From an uncultured Gammaproteobacteria bacterium (GTDB lineage: Bacteria > Pseudomonadota > Gammaproteobacteria > JACCXJ01): a DNA stretch of 64,000 nucleotides. The notes below the pieces were generated by a model, which saw only the letters and a list, made by a program, of their open reading frames with translations, had not been told where the DNA came from and ran no database searches. Location of the stretch: the NCBI GenBank assembly GCA_963764725.1, contig CAVXTM010000009.1:96001-160000 (forward strand), written 5' to 3'. Positions 38,821-49,397 of the stretch are shown piece by piece; the first letter of the stretch is position 1; every line of letters starts with the position of its first letter. The position numbers and the translations under genes were made by a program.

Positions 38821-39567
38821 TTATTCGTCGTTAAGGCACTCACTCATTCGAGCTCTCAACCTGATCAATGCCTGAGCGTGAATTTGACAGACGCGTGATT
38901 CACTTACGCCCAACACTTCCCCAACCTCTCTTAGATTGAGTTCATCGTCGTAATAGAGAGACATGACTAAGCGTTCTCTCTCGGGCAGGCCAGTGATCGC
39001 GTTCGCCAGTGCTTGCAGGAAATCTTGGTTCTCCGCGTATTCATGTGGGATCGGGAATTTCTGCGTCAAGCCCTCCGTCGTGCCCTCCACTCTCAATGGT
39101 ACGTCCTCGAAGCTGAATACCTTGTGCGCTGTGGCATCGTGGAGGATTTGATAGTATTCATCGAGCGTAATGCCTAGCCGCTCGGCCACCTCCGAGTCGC
39201 GCGCATCACGCCCTTGCTCTGCTTCAATTTCTTGTACGGCTTTGGCCACCTGTCGAGCCTTGCGGTGCAGCGAGCGGGGGGCCCAATCGCCCTTACGGAT
39301 TTCGTCAAGCATTGAACCGCGGATACGGATCCCGGCATAGGTCTCGAAGCTTGCTCCTTGCGAAGGATCGTAATTGCGCGAGGCTTCCAGCAAGCCGATC
39401 ATTCCCGCTTGAATCAGATCATCGATTTGCACGCTGGGCGGCAGCCGACTAATGAGGTGATGCGCAATCCGTTTAACGAGCGGGGCATACCGCGTTATTA
39501 GATCATCAGCATATGGCTGGCTGGCGCTTTCTTGAGCAGTTGTCCTGGATACTGCCAATTCGTTCAC
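38821..39567 (-). CDS. fliA: RNA polymerase sigma28
   Basis: LVKRIAHHL..DDLIQAGMIGL..RIRGSMLDEIRKGDWAPRS..VSESRVCQIH. Confidence 0.95.
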   Translation of the reverse strand: MNELAVSRTTAQESASQPYADDLITRYAPLVKRIAHHLISRLPPSVQIDDLIQAGMIGLLEASRNYDPSQGASFETYAGIRIRGSMLDEIRKGDWAPRSLHRKARQVAKAVQEIEAEQGRDARDSEVAERLGITLDEYYQILHDATAHKVFSFEDVPLRVEGTTEGLTQKFPIPHEYAENQDFLQALANAITGLPERERLVMSLYYDDELNLREVGEVLGVSESRVCQIHAQALIRLRARMSECLNDE

Positions 39568-40448
39568 GTCTTGACTGCCCCTGCCGCCTGGCCAGACTGG
39601 ATAAGTCGTTCAACAAAAAACTCGAGTTTGCCGCTTGCCGCTGTCGGCGTGGGCCATTTATCGGATTGGATGGCAATATTCTTGAATGCCGCCGCGGTGG
39701 TGCTCTCTGGATGAACCTCATAGAGAGCCCGCCGGTATAAAGCCAGGTTGGCGATGCGATGGTCGTATGGGATCGAACCGATGAGGTCAAGAGCGACGTC
39801 GAGGAACTGCTCCGTGATCACTACAAGCTTTCGGAAAAGCACCTGTCCTTCTTGGGTGCTGTGCGCCATGTTCATGAGCACCCGAAACCGGGACAGCCCG
39901 TAATCCTTATGTAATATCTTGATCATCGCGTGGGCGTCCGCTACCGAGCTAGGATCATTACAGACAACGATAATGACCTCTTGGGATGCCGTACAAAATC
40001 GTACGACGTTGTCGGATAACCCAGTAGCTGTATCAATAATGAGTACCTCGGTTATGTGTGCGAGCGCGCTGAATGCATTGACGAGCCCGGCATGTTCGGT
40101 GGCACTCAGGGCCGTCATACGTCTGATCCCGGAGGAAGCCGGAATGACGTTAATTCCGTAGGGGCCGCGTAGCACAATATCCTCAATGCCGCAGCTACCC
40201 TCGATGACATGCGATAGGTTTAGCACCGGTTTAAGATCCAGCAGAACATCGACGTTGGCCAATCCGAGGTCAGCGTCGAGCAGGGTCACGGCCTTCCCTA
40301 GGGCGGCAAGAGCGAGGCCCAGATTGATAGCGACGGTGGTTTTACCCACACCACCCTTGCCACTGGTAACAGCCAGGACGCGGATCGGGGATCGACTTCC
40401 GGCCCGCGGCGTGTGGGATAGCACGGAACTAGGCTGCGTCGAAACCAT
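39564..40448 (-). CDS. flhG: FlhG/FleN MinD-like ATPase
   Basis: SGKGGVGKT, DADLGLANVD and C-terminal LEFFVERL. Directly upstream of fliA. Confidence 0.9.
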   Translation of the reverse strand: MVSTQPSSVLSHTPRAGSRSPIRVLAVTSGKGGVGKTTVAINLGLALAALGKAVTLLDADLGLANVDVLLDLKPVLNLSHVIEGSCGIEDIVLRGPYGINVIPASSGIRRMTALSATEHAGLVNAFSALAHITEVLIIDTATGLSDNVVRFCTASQEVIIVVCNDPSSVADAHAMIKILHKDYGLSRFRVLMNMAHSTQEGQVLFRKLVVITEQFLDVALDLIGSIPYDHRIANLALYRRALYEVHPESTTAAAFKNIAIQSDKWPTPTAASGKLEFFVERLIQSGQAAGAVKT

Positions 40449-40567
40449 CGCGCATCTCGCCGTGTGATTGCCGTTGATTACATATTTTGTTCAGCCCTTT
40501 GAGCATTTGATTTTATTAACAGGATTCGACAGGAATATCCTCTCGGGCATTGACTCGGCGGAAGAAA

Positions 40568-40584
40568 AGCAAAGAGTGATCCAG
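40568..40584 (-). promoter_or_regulatory. Putative sigma54 -24/-12 promoter for flhG-fliA-cheY
   Basis: Minus strand CTGGATCACTCTTTGCT has GG-N10-GC spacing, about 120 bp upstream of flhG. Confidence 0.45.
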
Positions 40585-40873
40585 TAAACTGTTGCCTGGC
40601 ATGGCGGGCGTTTCTTCCTTAGAGACCAACAAGTTAGTGGTAAGGGCGCGCAAGCCCGAGTCAGGCGCGCTCGTGCGCTTGACGGGGTCGCGCGGTTATC
40701 CCGTTTTATTCGCCAGAATCTCGACGAAGATACGTGGGCCGCGGATCCCTACTCGCGGCGCGGTCGCCACACCGTCTGCGCAGGAGTAGATTGGGGACAG
40801 CGGCGAGCCACCGGCGAGTTGCTGTCAAAGGTTGATTCTGGGACAGCACGCGGGTGCATAAGAATTAGGCTGC

Positions 40874-40900
40874 TAAAGTAATTTTCCGTAATAACGATAA
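40874..40900 (+). promoter_or_regulatory. Putative sigma28 promoter for the che operon
   Basis: TAAAGTAA-N11-AACGATAA, 63 bp upstream of cheY at 40964. Confidence 0.65.
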
Positions 40901-40963
40901 TCGTGATGCCTAAAGGCGGGGCGCTCCGTATTAATAGCGTTATAGCGCGTACAGAAAATCAAG

Positions 40964-41335
40964 ATGGCCACTGTGTTAACGATCTTGGCGGTCGATGACT
41001 CGCGTTCCGTGCGTGACATGGTGTCGTTCACCTTAAGAAGCGCCGGCTTTGACGTCATTGAGGCCGTCAACGGTGTAGACGCATTGAATCGGGCACAGAG
41101 CGGTAATGTCGATTTTGTCTTGACCGACATCAACATGCCTAACATGGACGGAATCACGCTCATCAAGGAGCTGCGCAAGCTACCCGGATATCGGTTCACC
41201 CCCATCCTGACGCTGACCACGGAATCGTCTCCAGAAAAGAAGGCGGAAGGTAAAGTGGCAGGTGCCACGGGCTGGATGGTGAAACCGTTCAATCCCGATC
41301 AACTCATCGCGACCATCAGGCGGGTTATCGCCTAG
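40964..41335 (+). CDS. cheY: Chemotaxis response regulator (CheY2-type)
   Basis: ILAVDDS..TDINMP..LTTES..ATGWMVKPF. Confidence 0.9.
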   Translation: MATVLTILAVDDSRSVRDMVSFTLRSAGFDVIEAVNGVDALNRAQSGNVDFVLTDINMPNMDGITLIKELRKLPGYRFTPILTLTTESSPEKKAEGKVAGATGWMVKPFNPDQLIATIRRVIA

Positions 41336-41435
41336 CGCGTATGCCTTCGGGCGCGCTGCGAGCCAAATAAGGCATACGGCACGGCGGGACCAGCAAGCCA
41401 ATCAGCAGCGGGCGGGACCTACGAGGGAATTCTTT

Positions 41436-43550
41436 ATGCCGGTAGACTTATCCCAGTTTCACCAAACCTTTTTCGAAGAGGGTTTCGAGGGGCTCGGCGT
41501 GATGGAATCCGAGCTACTTGCCTTGGTCCCTGGGAATACCGATCCTGAATCGATTAACACCCTCTTTCGGGTAGCGCACTCGATAAAGGGCAGCAGTAGC
41601 ATGTTTGGTTTCACCACGATAGCCGAGTTTGCGCACGTAGTCGAAACCCTGTTGGACAGGGTAAGGTCAGGGAAGTATGCGGTTACGCAAGGCATCGTCG
41701 ATAGTCTCCTCCAAGCCGTCAACTTCCTGAGAAACATGCTTTCGGCCATGAGGGACAACACAGGTGAAGACGCCGAACGCGGCCGCAGGCTCCGAGTGCA
41801 ATTGGAAGAGATAATCGAGAGCGGTAATTCAGGAAGCGTCACGGCTGGCCCGGCCGCAAAAAAAGTCGAGGGTGCCGTGAGGGACGATGCCACGCTCGGG
41901 TGGCATATCATATTTCGCCCCCATCGGCACCTGCTGACGACCGGGAATGACCCTCTGCCCATGCTTAGAGAGTTGTCCTTGCTCGGGGACCTGGAGGTAT
42001 CGGTCGATGTCTCCAGGCTTCCGCGCTTCCAGGACCTCGACCCCGAGGCGTGTTTCCTTGGCTGGGGTCTTATGCTCAATGCAGCGATGCCTCGCACGCA
42101 GGTCGCGGAAATGTTTGAGTGGGTTGAGAGCGACTGTGACCTCGAAATAACACCGATCGGACGGAATACTTCGGTGGTGAATAAAGGCCTTAGCGGCGAG
42201 GTCGCTCCGGTTCAACCCGGGGATCCCGTGCCGCATGCTAGCTCGTGGTCCGCGCTGAGGACTGGGTCAACGTCGGGCGCGGAGTTAGCGTATACCGGTG
42301 TGGAGCGTAGGAAAAATCCACGGGCGGAAGATGCTTCTTCAATCCGAGTCAACATCGAAAAGATCGATGCGCTTATCAATATCGTAGGTGAGCTCGTCAT
42401 CACCCAGTCGATGTTGAGCCAGTTCGCTGAGGATTTCGCGGCCACCAAGATAGATAAGCTCCGGGATGCTCTGATCCAATTAGCCCGCAACACGCGCTCG
42501 CTCCAAGAGAGCGTGCTCAGAATTCGCATGTTGCCGATCAGCTTCTCATTTAATCGTTTCCCGCGCCTGGTGCGCGATATGAGCCAGCAGCTTTGCAAGA
42601 AGATCGATCTCGTGGTCTCGGGCGATCAAACCGAGATCGACAAAACCGTCCTCGAAAAGCTCAGCGACCCACTCGTGCATCTCGTGAGGAACTCGCTCGA
42701 TCATGGAATAGAGCTCCCCCAGGTGCGCAAGGCCCGCGGTAAGGACGAGACCGGTCTCGTGTATCTCCATGCTTATCACCAAGGTGGCAACATCGTGATT
42801 GAGGTTGCGGACGACGGAGCGGGATTGAATAAAACGAAGATCCTGCAGCGCGCGCGCGAGCACGGGATCATTGGCGAGCACGAGGTGCTTGCCGAGGATA
42901 AAATCCACGAGCTCATCTTCCGGCCCGGGTTTTCTACCGTCGATACGATCACAGACGTCTCGGGTCGCGGGGTCGGCATGGACGTCGTCAGACGCAATAT
43001 CAAGGACCTCGGCGGAAGCATCGAAATCAAATCCGAAGAAGGCCTGGGATTGACCTTTACGATCCGCTTGCCGCTAACGCTGGCGATCCTCGATGGTCAA
43101 CTGGTTCGGATCGGGCGGCACATTTATATCATTCCGCTGGTCTCGATCGTAGCGTCACTTCAAGTCGTTCCGAAATGCGTTAGCCGGATCGCCGGTAAGG
43201 GAGAGATCTACAAGCTGCGAGCGGAATTCCTGCCTATCGTTAGGCTGTATGAGGTTTTCAATGTGGTTTCCGACAGCGAGCGGATCGAAAGCGGGATCTT
43301 GGTCGTCGTCGAAGATGATGGTCAACGCGCGGGTATCTATATCGATGAGCTGCTTGCGCAACAGCAGGTCGTTATCAAGAGTCTGGAAACGAACTATACA
43401 CGTGTGCCGGGTATTTCGGGGGCGACGATACTCGGCGACGGAACGGTGGCGTTGATCCTCGATGTCCCAGGGGTGGTGAAGTTGTCCAGGAGCCTCGTAC
43501 CGGTCGGATTTAGATCCGATGCCCATGAAGCGGTGATGAGGGCCGCATAG
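41436..43550 (+). CDS. cheA: Chemotaxis histidine kinase CheA
   Basis: Hpt FRVAHSIKG, HLVRNSLDHG, SGRGVGMDVV and a C-terminal CheW domain. Confidence 0.96.
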   Translation: MPVDLSQFHQTFFEEGFEGLGVMESELLALVPGNTDPESINTLFRVAHSIKGSSSMFGFTTIAEFAHVVETLLDRVRSGKYAVTQGIVDSLLQAVNFLRNMLSAMRDNTGEDAERGRRLRVQLEEIIESGNSGSVTAGPAAKKVEGAVRDDATLGWHIIFRPHRHLLTTGNDPLPMLRELSLLGDLEVSVDVSRLPRFQDLDPEACFLGWGLMLNAAMPRTQVAEMFEWVESDCDLEITPIGRNTSVVNKGLSGEVAPVQPGDPVPHASSWSALRTGSTSGAELAYTGVERRKNPRAEDASSIRVNIEKIDALINIVGELVITQSMLSQFAEDFAATKIDKLRDALIQLARNTRSLQESVLRIRMLPISFSFNRFPRLVRDMSQQLCKKIDLVVSGDQTEIDKTVLEKLSDPLVHLVRNSLDHGIELPQVRKARGKDETGLVYLHAYHQGGNIVIEVADDGAGLNKTKILQRAREHGIIGEHEVLAEDKIHELIFRPGFSTVDTITDVSGRGVGMDVVRRNIKDLGGSIEIKSEEGLGLTFTIRLPLTLAILDGQLVRIGRHIYIIPLVSIVASLQVVPKCVSRIAGKGEIYKLRAEFLPIVRLYEVFNVVSDSERIESGILVVVEDDGQRAGIYIDELLAQQQVVIKSLETNYTRVPGISGATILGDGTVALILDVPGVVKLSRSLVPVGFRSDAHEAVMRAA

Positions 43551-43559
43551 GAGAGACGC

Positions 43560-44060
43560 ATGAATCTAGAGCGAGAGTTAAAAGAGACGACCCAGCCTAT
43601 GCCTACGGCGGCGGGTCAATATTTGACCTTTATCCTCGCCGGCACGGAATACGGCGTCGATATTCTCCGTGTGCAGGAGATCAAGGGCTGGGATACGGCC
43701 ACGGAGATCCCCAACACGCCGGAGTACATTCGCGGCATCATCAACCTCCGTGGCACCATCGTGCCCATCGTCGATCTGCGGAAAAGGTTTCATATGGAAG
43801 CGGTGGCGTATGGCAATACCACAGTGGTGGTGGTTCTCAAGGTCAAGGGCGCGGGCGGGCAACGTACCATGGGATTCGTCGTGGACGCCGTGTCGGATGT
43901 CTACAATGTAGCGGCTGACGACATCAAAGCGGCACCCGATTTCGGCACATCGGTGAGCACGGAATTCGTTAAAGGGCTCGCCGCGGTTGGAGGCAAGATA
44001 GTAATTCTGCTGGAAATCGATCAGTTGGTCGATACCGGCGAACAAGCCGTTACCCATTAA
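43560..44060 (+). CDS. cheW: CheW
   Basis: YGVDILRVQEI..GIINLRGTIVPIVDLR..VDAVSDV. Confidence 0.95.
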   Translation: MNLERELKETTQPMPTAAGQYLTFILAGTEYGVDILRVQEIKGWDTATEIPNTPEYIRGIINLRGTIVPIVDLRKRFHMEAVAYGNTTVVVVLKVKGAGGQRTMGFVVDAVSDVYNVAADDIKAAPDFGTSVSTEFVKGLAAVGGKIVILLEIDQLVDTGEQAVTH

Positions 44061-44129
44061 GGCGGATCCCAAACCCGCGGTGATACCTAGAAGTCCTATG
44101 AGCCGGTTCGTTCCGGAGAGGAGTTGACC

Positions 44130-45422
44130 ATGAGACTGAAATTCTACGATGAATTATCCTTTGGGAAGAAGCTATTCATCCTGGCGGTGTTGTTAACCCT
44201 GCCCTCGCTTTATCTTTTGTACGACCAAGCATCGGTTCAGCACTATGCCGTCGCCAGCGGTATGGCTTTTTGCCTGGCCCTGGGCGCGTGGCTGTATTTC
44301 CACCTGATCGATATCTTCGTCAGGCCCTTCGAAGGTGCGATCCGGGTCCTGGAGAAAGTCGCGAACGGCCAGCTTGACAACGAATTTGCCGTCGACACCC
44401 GTGACGAGGTCGGTTGGCTCCTACATACCATCAAGACCACGCAGAAGGGCTTGGCGCAGTTGGCGGTGGAGGCGCGCTCGGTGGCCCATGCCGTCCAGAA
44501 GGGTTCCCAGGAGATCGCCCAGGGTAATATCGATCTGTCCCAGCGCATCGAAGAGCAAGCCGCCAGCCTCGAAGAGACCGCATCCAGCACGGAAGAGCTT
44601 ACCAGCACAGTGCGCCAGAATGCCGATAACGCCCAACAAGCGAACCAGCTCGCGGTCAGCGCGCGCGAGCATGCGGAGAAAGGCGGGGAGGTGGTCGGCA
44701 AAGCCGTCGCGGCGATGAGTGAAATCAATACCTCCGCGAAGCGGATCGCCGACATCATCGGGGTGATAGATGAGATTGCCTTCCAGACCAACCTGCTGGC
44801 CTTGAACGCGGCAGTAGAAGCGGCGCGCGCCGGGGAGCAGGGACGCGGGTTCGCGGTGGTGGCCGGCGAGGTACGGAACCTGGCGCAACGAAGCGCCGAG
44901 GCCGCCAAGGAAATCAAGGTCCTCATCCAGGACAGCGTCAGAAAGGTGGAGGAAGGCGCGCGGCTGGTGGACGCCTCTGGGTCAACGCTCGCGGAGATCG
45001 TGACCTGGGTGAAGAAGGTCTCGGCCATCATCGCCGATATCGCGGCGGCCAGCCAGGAACAGTCGGCGGGAATCGAGCAGGTGAACAAGGGCATCACGCA
45101 AATGGACCAGGTGACGCAACAGAATGCGGCATTCGTGGAGGAGATGGCGTCCGCGAGCCAGGCCATGAATGAGCAAGCGGTGCACCTCATCCAGGCGATT
45201 CAGTCTTTCAAGCTCAAGGACGATCACGCGGCGCAAGCGGTGTCGATGCCGGTTCCCAAGGAAGGGAAGTCCTTTGCACCCGTGGCCGAACGACGTCGAT
45301 CCAGCCGGCCGTGGCGTGCCGAGAAGAACGAACCCATGCAAGGGCGAACCGCAGAGAAGACTGCGGTCAAGCGTGTCGCGGCAGCGCAAGGGAATGTCGA
45401 GGGCGGCTGGGAGGAATTTTAG
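44130..45422 (+). CDS. Methyl-accepting chemotaxis protein with C-terminal pentapeptide GWEEF
   Basis: Two closely spaced TMs, [34 protein letters not shown], ending in GWEEF. Confidence 0.95.
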   Translation: MRLKFYDELSFGKKLFILAVLLTLPSLYLLYDQASVQHYAVASGMAFCLALGAWLYFHLIDIFVRPFEGAIRVLEKVANGQLDNEFAVDTRDEVGWLLHTIKTTQKGLAQLAVEARSVAHAVQKGSQEIAQGNIDLSQRIEEQAASLEETASSTEELTSTVRQNADNAQQANQLAVSAREHAEKGGEVVGKAVAAMSEINTSAKRIADIIGVIDEIAFQTNLLALNAAVEAARAGEQGRGFAVVAGEVRNLAQRSAEAAKEIKVLIQDSVRKVEEGARLVDASGSTLAEIVTWVKKVSAIIADIAAASQEQSAGIEQVNKGITQMDQVTQQNAAFVEEMASASQAMNEQAVHLIQAIQSFKLKDDHAAQAVSMPVPKEGKSFAPVAERRRSSRPWRAEKNEPMQGRTAEKTAVKRVAAAQGNVEGGWEEF

Positions 45423-45510
45423 CCGTGGTTTTTGCTAGTAGCTTGGATTAAACCGTGGTCGAAGATCTGACTTCGACCGCAACGATTCATTGCGCGGGGA
45501 GGACGACAGC

Positions 45511-46050
45511 GTGGCGAGAAAGCGAAAGCGTGAGGTTGTAGGATATGAAAGTACCGCCAAGGAGACGCTTGCGGCGGAACAAACCGCGCCGTGCACAGAG
45601 GCCCTCGCGGCGGAGATTTCCGGGACTGATCGCCTAGCCGCGGGATGCGGATCTCCGGAAAACCCGCGAACGCGAATGCAGCAGCCAGACCGCCCGCGCA
45701 AGCCGAAGCGCGGCCTGGCTCCCGAACAGAACCGCAACGACACGCCAGCCGCCTCCCCAGCCGGGCCCGTGAATCCGATCCTCGATCTGGGCGAGAGACT
45801 CACGATCGCAAAGGTGGGCGAGACCAAGGAACGCCTGGCGGCGTTTCTGCAAGTTCCCTCGGCGTTTTTGGTCGTGGACGGCTCGCGCGTCGCTGCCGTG
45901 GATACCGCGGGCTTGCAGTTGTTGACGGCTTTTTGTCATGAGATGCATGAGCGCGGGATCGAGGTGCTGTGGCGAGAAGCAAGCGCGATCTTGCGGCATG
46001 GCGCCGCGACTCTAGGTTTAGTGAAACGCTTGCGGTTGCATGAGCTTTAG
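45511..46050 (+). CDS. STAS domain protein
   Basis: LTIAKV..VDGSRVAAVDTAGLQLL with a low-complexity N-terminus. RBS GGAGG precedes GTG 45511. Confidence 0.8.
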   Translation: MARKRKREVVGYESTAKETLAAEQTAPCTEALAAEISGTDRLAAGCGSPENPRTRMQQPDRPRKPKRGLAPEQNRNDTPAASPAGPVNPILDLGERLTIAKVGETKERLAAFLQVPSAFLVVDGSRVAAVDTAGLQLLTAFCHEMHERGIEVLWREASAILRHGAATLGLVKRLRLHEL

Positions 46051-46095
46051 GAAACCTTCGCCTGCGAGGGGCGCTTGGTAGCGAAAGGATCTTAA

Positions 46096-46725
46096 ATGCA
46101 ACTTCGGACCGTGTCGGCCAACGATGAAACGATGCTCGACGGAGCGCAGCGCGAAACGCCCGATCCCGGTTCTTGCGATGTGCGCGAGTCCGTCATGCTA
46201 CTCCATGTTGCCGTTGCGCAGATCGATTTGACGATGCACGAGGGTGATGCTTCGGTCGCGGTCTTGTCGGGAGCCTTGTCCTCGATCGCCGCCGGCCTCA
46301 AGAGCATTGGGCAGTGTGTGCAGGAGAATCCTTCCGCCGAGGAGCCCGCCCAAAAGAGGAACATGTCGGCAGCATGCTCAACACTGGCAAAAAAAATCGA
46401 AGCAGCGATCATGGCGATCCAGTTCTATGATGCCATGACGCAGAAGCTCACGCACATCTCGGAAAATCTCCGGGCTCTCGCCGATTCTATGACGGACCCA
46501 GGCCCGGTCAACCGGCACGGCGCATGGCATGCTTTGAAGCAGCAGACGCGCGCGCGGTTCACGATGGAAAGCGAGCGGCGGGTGTTCGATGCGCTGATGC
46601 GCGGGATGACGATGGAGGAGGCCGTACTCGCGGCCAAACCGCTAGGCGCTGAGCCAACGCCCGTGGGCGTCATCGATCTCTTTCGAGGGTCGGATCGAGA
46701 TGAATGCACATACGGCAGCGGCTAA
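46096..46725 (+). CDS. Helical chemotaxis-associated protein, CheZ-like motif
   Basis: AIMAIQFYDAMTQKLTHI contains a DxxxQ motif, and the protein has a C-terminal IDLF. Confidence 0.6.
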   Translation: MQLRTVSANDETMLDGAQRETPDPGSCDVRESVMLLHVAVAQIDLTMHEGDASVAVLSGALSSIAAGLKSIGQCVQENPSAEEPAQKRNMSAACSTLAKKIEAAIMAIQFYDAMTQKLTHISENLRALADSMTDPGPVNRHGAWHALKQQTRARFTMESERRVFDALMRGMTMEEAVLAAKPLGAEPTPVGVIDLFRGSDRDECTYGSG

Positions 46726-47554
46726 GCTGGAGCGGGAGTTCGCATTCAACGACAAGCATTTCGAGTTGTTACGCGAATGCGTGCGCGAGCACACCGGGAT
46801 TGCGCTCTCCGATGGCAAGCGGGAGCTGGTCTATGGTCGCTTGGCGCGCAGGCTCCGCAACCTCGGGATCGATAATTTTGACGCCTACTGCTCCCTCATC
46901 ACCGCCGGCGACAAAGAAGAGATCGCCCACTTCGTCAATGCCATCACTACCAACCTCACCGCCTTTTTTCGCGAGTCGCATCACTTCGAGCACTTGGCCG
47001 CGCTCCTGCCACGCTTAATCGAGAAGAACCAGAGCACCCGCCGGTTGCGGATCTGGTCGGCGGGCTGTTCGACCGGGGAGGAAGCGTATTCGATTGCCAT
47101 CACGGTACGAGAAACGATTGGCGATCCACCTGGCTGGGATGCCAAGATCCTGGCGACGGATATCGATTCCAATGTCCTCGCGGCAGCCGCGAATGGGGTT
47201 TATCACCCGAAGGGGGCGGACGGGTTGTCCCGAGAGCGTTTGAGCCGTTGGTTTCTGCGCGGCAAGGGGAAAAACGCGGGGATGCTTCGGGTGGTCCCCA
47301 GCCTTCAGGACCTCATCACCTTCCGGCAGCTTAACCTTATGCAGTCGTGGCCACTCCGCGGCCCTTTCGATGTTCTCTTTTGCCGAAACGTTGTCATCTA
47401 TTTCAGCAAGGAGACCCAACGGATGTTGTTCAATCGCTTCGCCGATGTGCTGGCGCCAGAAGGGCATCTTTTCATCGGTCACTCGGAGTCTTTGTTCAAA
47501 GTCAGTGAGCGTTTCAAGCTCTTAGGCAAGACGGCTTACCAAAGGATCCAGTGA
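46700..47554 (+). CDS. cheR: CheR methyltransferase
   Basis: TTNLTAFFRE, IWSAGCSTGEE, ATDID, FCRNVVIYF and GHSE. Confidence 0.96.
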   Translation: MNAHTAAAKLEREFAFNDKHFELLRECVREHTGIALSDGKRELVYGRLARRLRNLGIDNFDAYCSLITAGDKEEIAHFVNAITTNLTAFFRESHHFEHLAALLPRLIEKNQSTRRLRIWSAGCSTGEEAYSIAITVRETIGDPPGWDAKILATDIDSNVLAAAANGVYHPKGADGLSRERLSRWFLRGKGKNAGMLRVVPSLQDLITFRQLNLMQSWPLRGPFDVLFCRNVVIYFSKETQRMLFNRFADVLAPEGHLFIGHSESLFKVSERFKLLGKTAYQRIQ

Positions 47555-47555
47555 T

Positions 47556-48221
47556 ATGCAATCGCACGCGCTGAGCCATGCCCGCCAACCGCCATCCCCG
47601 CTGCCTGGCTTCGCACACATCAATCGATATTGGGACAGCTTGCATCAGCGGTTCGCCGCCAAGATCCTGCCCGGCGAATATTACGTTACCCGTCGCGAGG
47701 AGATGATCGTCACCGTCCTCGGATCATGTATCTCGGCCTGCATCCGCTGCCGTGCGACCGCGATCGGCGGCATGAACCATTTCATGTTGCCCCAGAGCCG
47801 CGCGGAGGGCGACGGCACGTGGGCCGGTACGGCGGTCAACGCGGCGACGCGATACGGCAATTATGCGATGGAGCACATCATTAACGACCTCTTGAAAAAC
47901 GGGGCAAGCCGTAAATACCTTGAAGTCAAGATCGTCGGCGGCGGCCGCGTCTTGAAACAGATGAGCGATGTGGGGCAGCAGAACATCGAATTCGTCAAAG
48001 CCTATTTGCAGGCGGAGGGTCTCACCGTCAGCGCCGAGGACGTCGGCGATATCTATCCGCGCAAGGTGTACTACGATCCCCGCAGCGGCAAGGTGTCCGT
48101 GAAAAAACTACGCTTGCTGCCCAACGATACCATCTTCGAGCGCGAGAACCGGTATCGGAGTCATATTGAAATCGCTCCTGTGGGCGGTGACGTCGAGTTA
48201 TTTTACGGGGCGATTCGATGA
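47556..48221 (+). CDS. cheD: CheD chemoreceptor glutamine deamidase
   Basis: [25 protein letters not shown]. Confidence 0.95.
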   Translation: MQSHALSHARQPPSPLPGFAHINRYWDSLHQRFAAKILPGEYYVTRREEMIVTVLGSCISACIRCRATAIGGMNHFMLPQSRAEGDGTWAGTAVNAATRYGNYAMEHIINDLLKNGASRKYLEVKIVGGGRVLKQMSDVGQQNIEFVKAYLQAEGLTVSAEDVGDIYPRKVYYDPRSGKVSVKKLRLLPNDTIFERENRYRSHIEIAPVGGDVELFYGAIR

Positions 48222-49294
48222 GCAAGATACGGGTGGTAGTGGTCGATGACTCGGCGGTGGTGCGCAAGGTCTTAACCGCAATCCTAAACTCGGACACAGG
48301 CATCGAAGTCGTCGGCGTGGCCTCCGATCCCTATCTAGCGCGTGAGAAGATCAAAAAGCTCAATCCGGATGTCATCACGCTCGACGTGGAAATGCCGCGC
48401 ATGGACGGGGTCACGTTTCTCAAGAATCTCATGCGCCTGCGGCCCATGCCCGTGGTGATGGTTTCCTCGCTCACCAAAGAGGGGGCGGAAATCACGCTCG
48501 AGGCAATGGAGGCCGGGGCGGTGGATTTTGTCGCCAAGCCATCGCTGGATCTCACTAATGCGCTCGCGAACTACGGGGAAGATTTGATCGAAAAGGTTAA
48601 GACCGCCGCTGCCGCCCGGGTCCGGCGTTACACCCGAGACATTGCCTTACCCGAAGTCGTGCCAAAGTACAGCGCCGACGCGGTATTGAAAAAAATACCG
48701 GCAAGCAGGCCCTTCAAGACCAGCGAGAAAATCATCGCAATCGGGGCCTCGACCGGCGGCACCGAGGCCATCAAGGAGATTCTCGCCGCGATGCCAGCCG
48801 ATGCTCCGGCCATCGTCGTCACGCAACATATTCCCGAGGCTTTCAGCGGGGCGTTTGCGCAGCGGATGAACAGGATCTCGGCGATGGCCGTGCGCGAAGC
48901 CGAGGACGGTCAGCGGATCGTGCCGGGCCATGCCTATATCGCCCCGGGCAGCCACCATCTCCTCGTGCGCCGGGACGGTGCGCGCTATGTGTGCCGCTTG
49001 CACGACGGCCCGGCGGTCAACCGGCATCGGCCTTCGGTCGATGTACTGTTCCGCTCGGTGGCGCAGAACGTGGGCGCTAATGCGGTGGGTGTGATCTTAA
49101 CGGGGATGGGAATGGACGGCGCGCTGGGGTTGAAGGAGCTGCGCGACAGCGGAGCGCCGACGCTCGCCCAGGATGAGAACACCTCCGTGGTCTGGGGCAT
49201 GCCGGGGGAGGCGGTCAAACTAGGTGGTGTCGATCATATTCTGCCGTTACAGCATATTGGCGCCGAAATGTTGAAACTGGTCCAGCAGCTTTGA
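48218..49294 (+). CDS. cheB: CheB methylesterase/response regulator
   Basis: REC domain plus GASTGG, TQH, RPSVD and LTGMGMDG. Confidence 0.96.
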   Translation: MSKIRVVVVDDSAVVRKVLTAILNSDTGIEVVGVASDPYLAREKIKKLNPDVITLDVEMPRMDGVTFLKNLMRLRPMPVVMVSSLTKEGAEITLEAMEAGAVDFVAKPSLDLTNALANYGEDLIEKVKTAAAARVRRYTRDIALPEVVPKYSADAVLKKIPASRPFKTSEKIIAIGASTGGTEAIKEILAAMPADAPAIVVTQHIPEAFSGAFAQRMNRISAMAVREAEDGQRIVPGHAYIAPGSHHLLVRRDGARYVCRLHDGPAVNRHRPSVDVLFRSVAQNVGANAVGVILTGMGMDGALGLKELRDSGAPTLAQDENTSVVWGMPGEAVKLGGVDHILPLQHIGAEMLKLVQQL

Positions 49295-49397
49295 TGCATG
49301 GGGTACACTGCGTTTCGTCCCTTCGAAAGGTAGAGAGGGAGCGGTCATTTTGGAGGCGCAGACCCGCAACTTCTCCTATCGCTTCATCCCGCAAGTC

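Noticed and set aside
44243-45190. 315-aa minus-strand ORF
   Set aside because: Typical antisense frame of an MCP gene.
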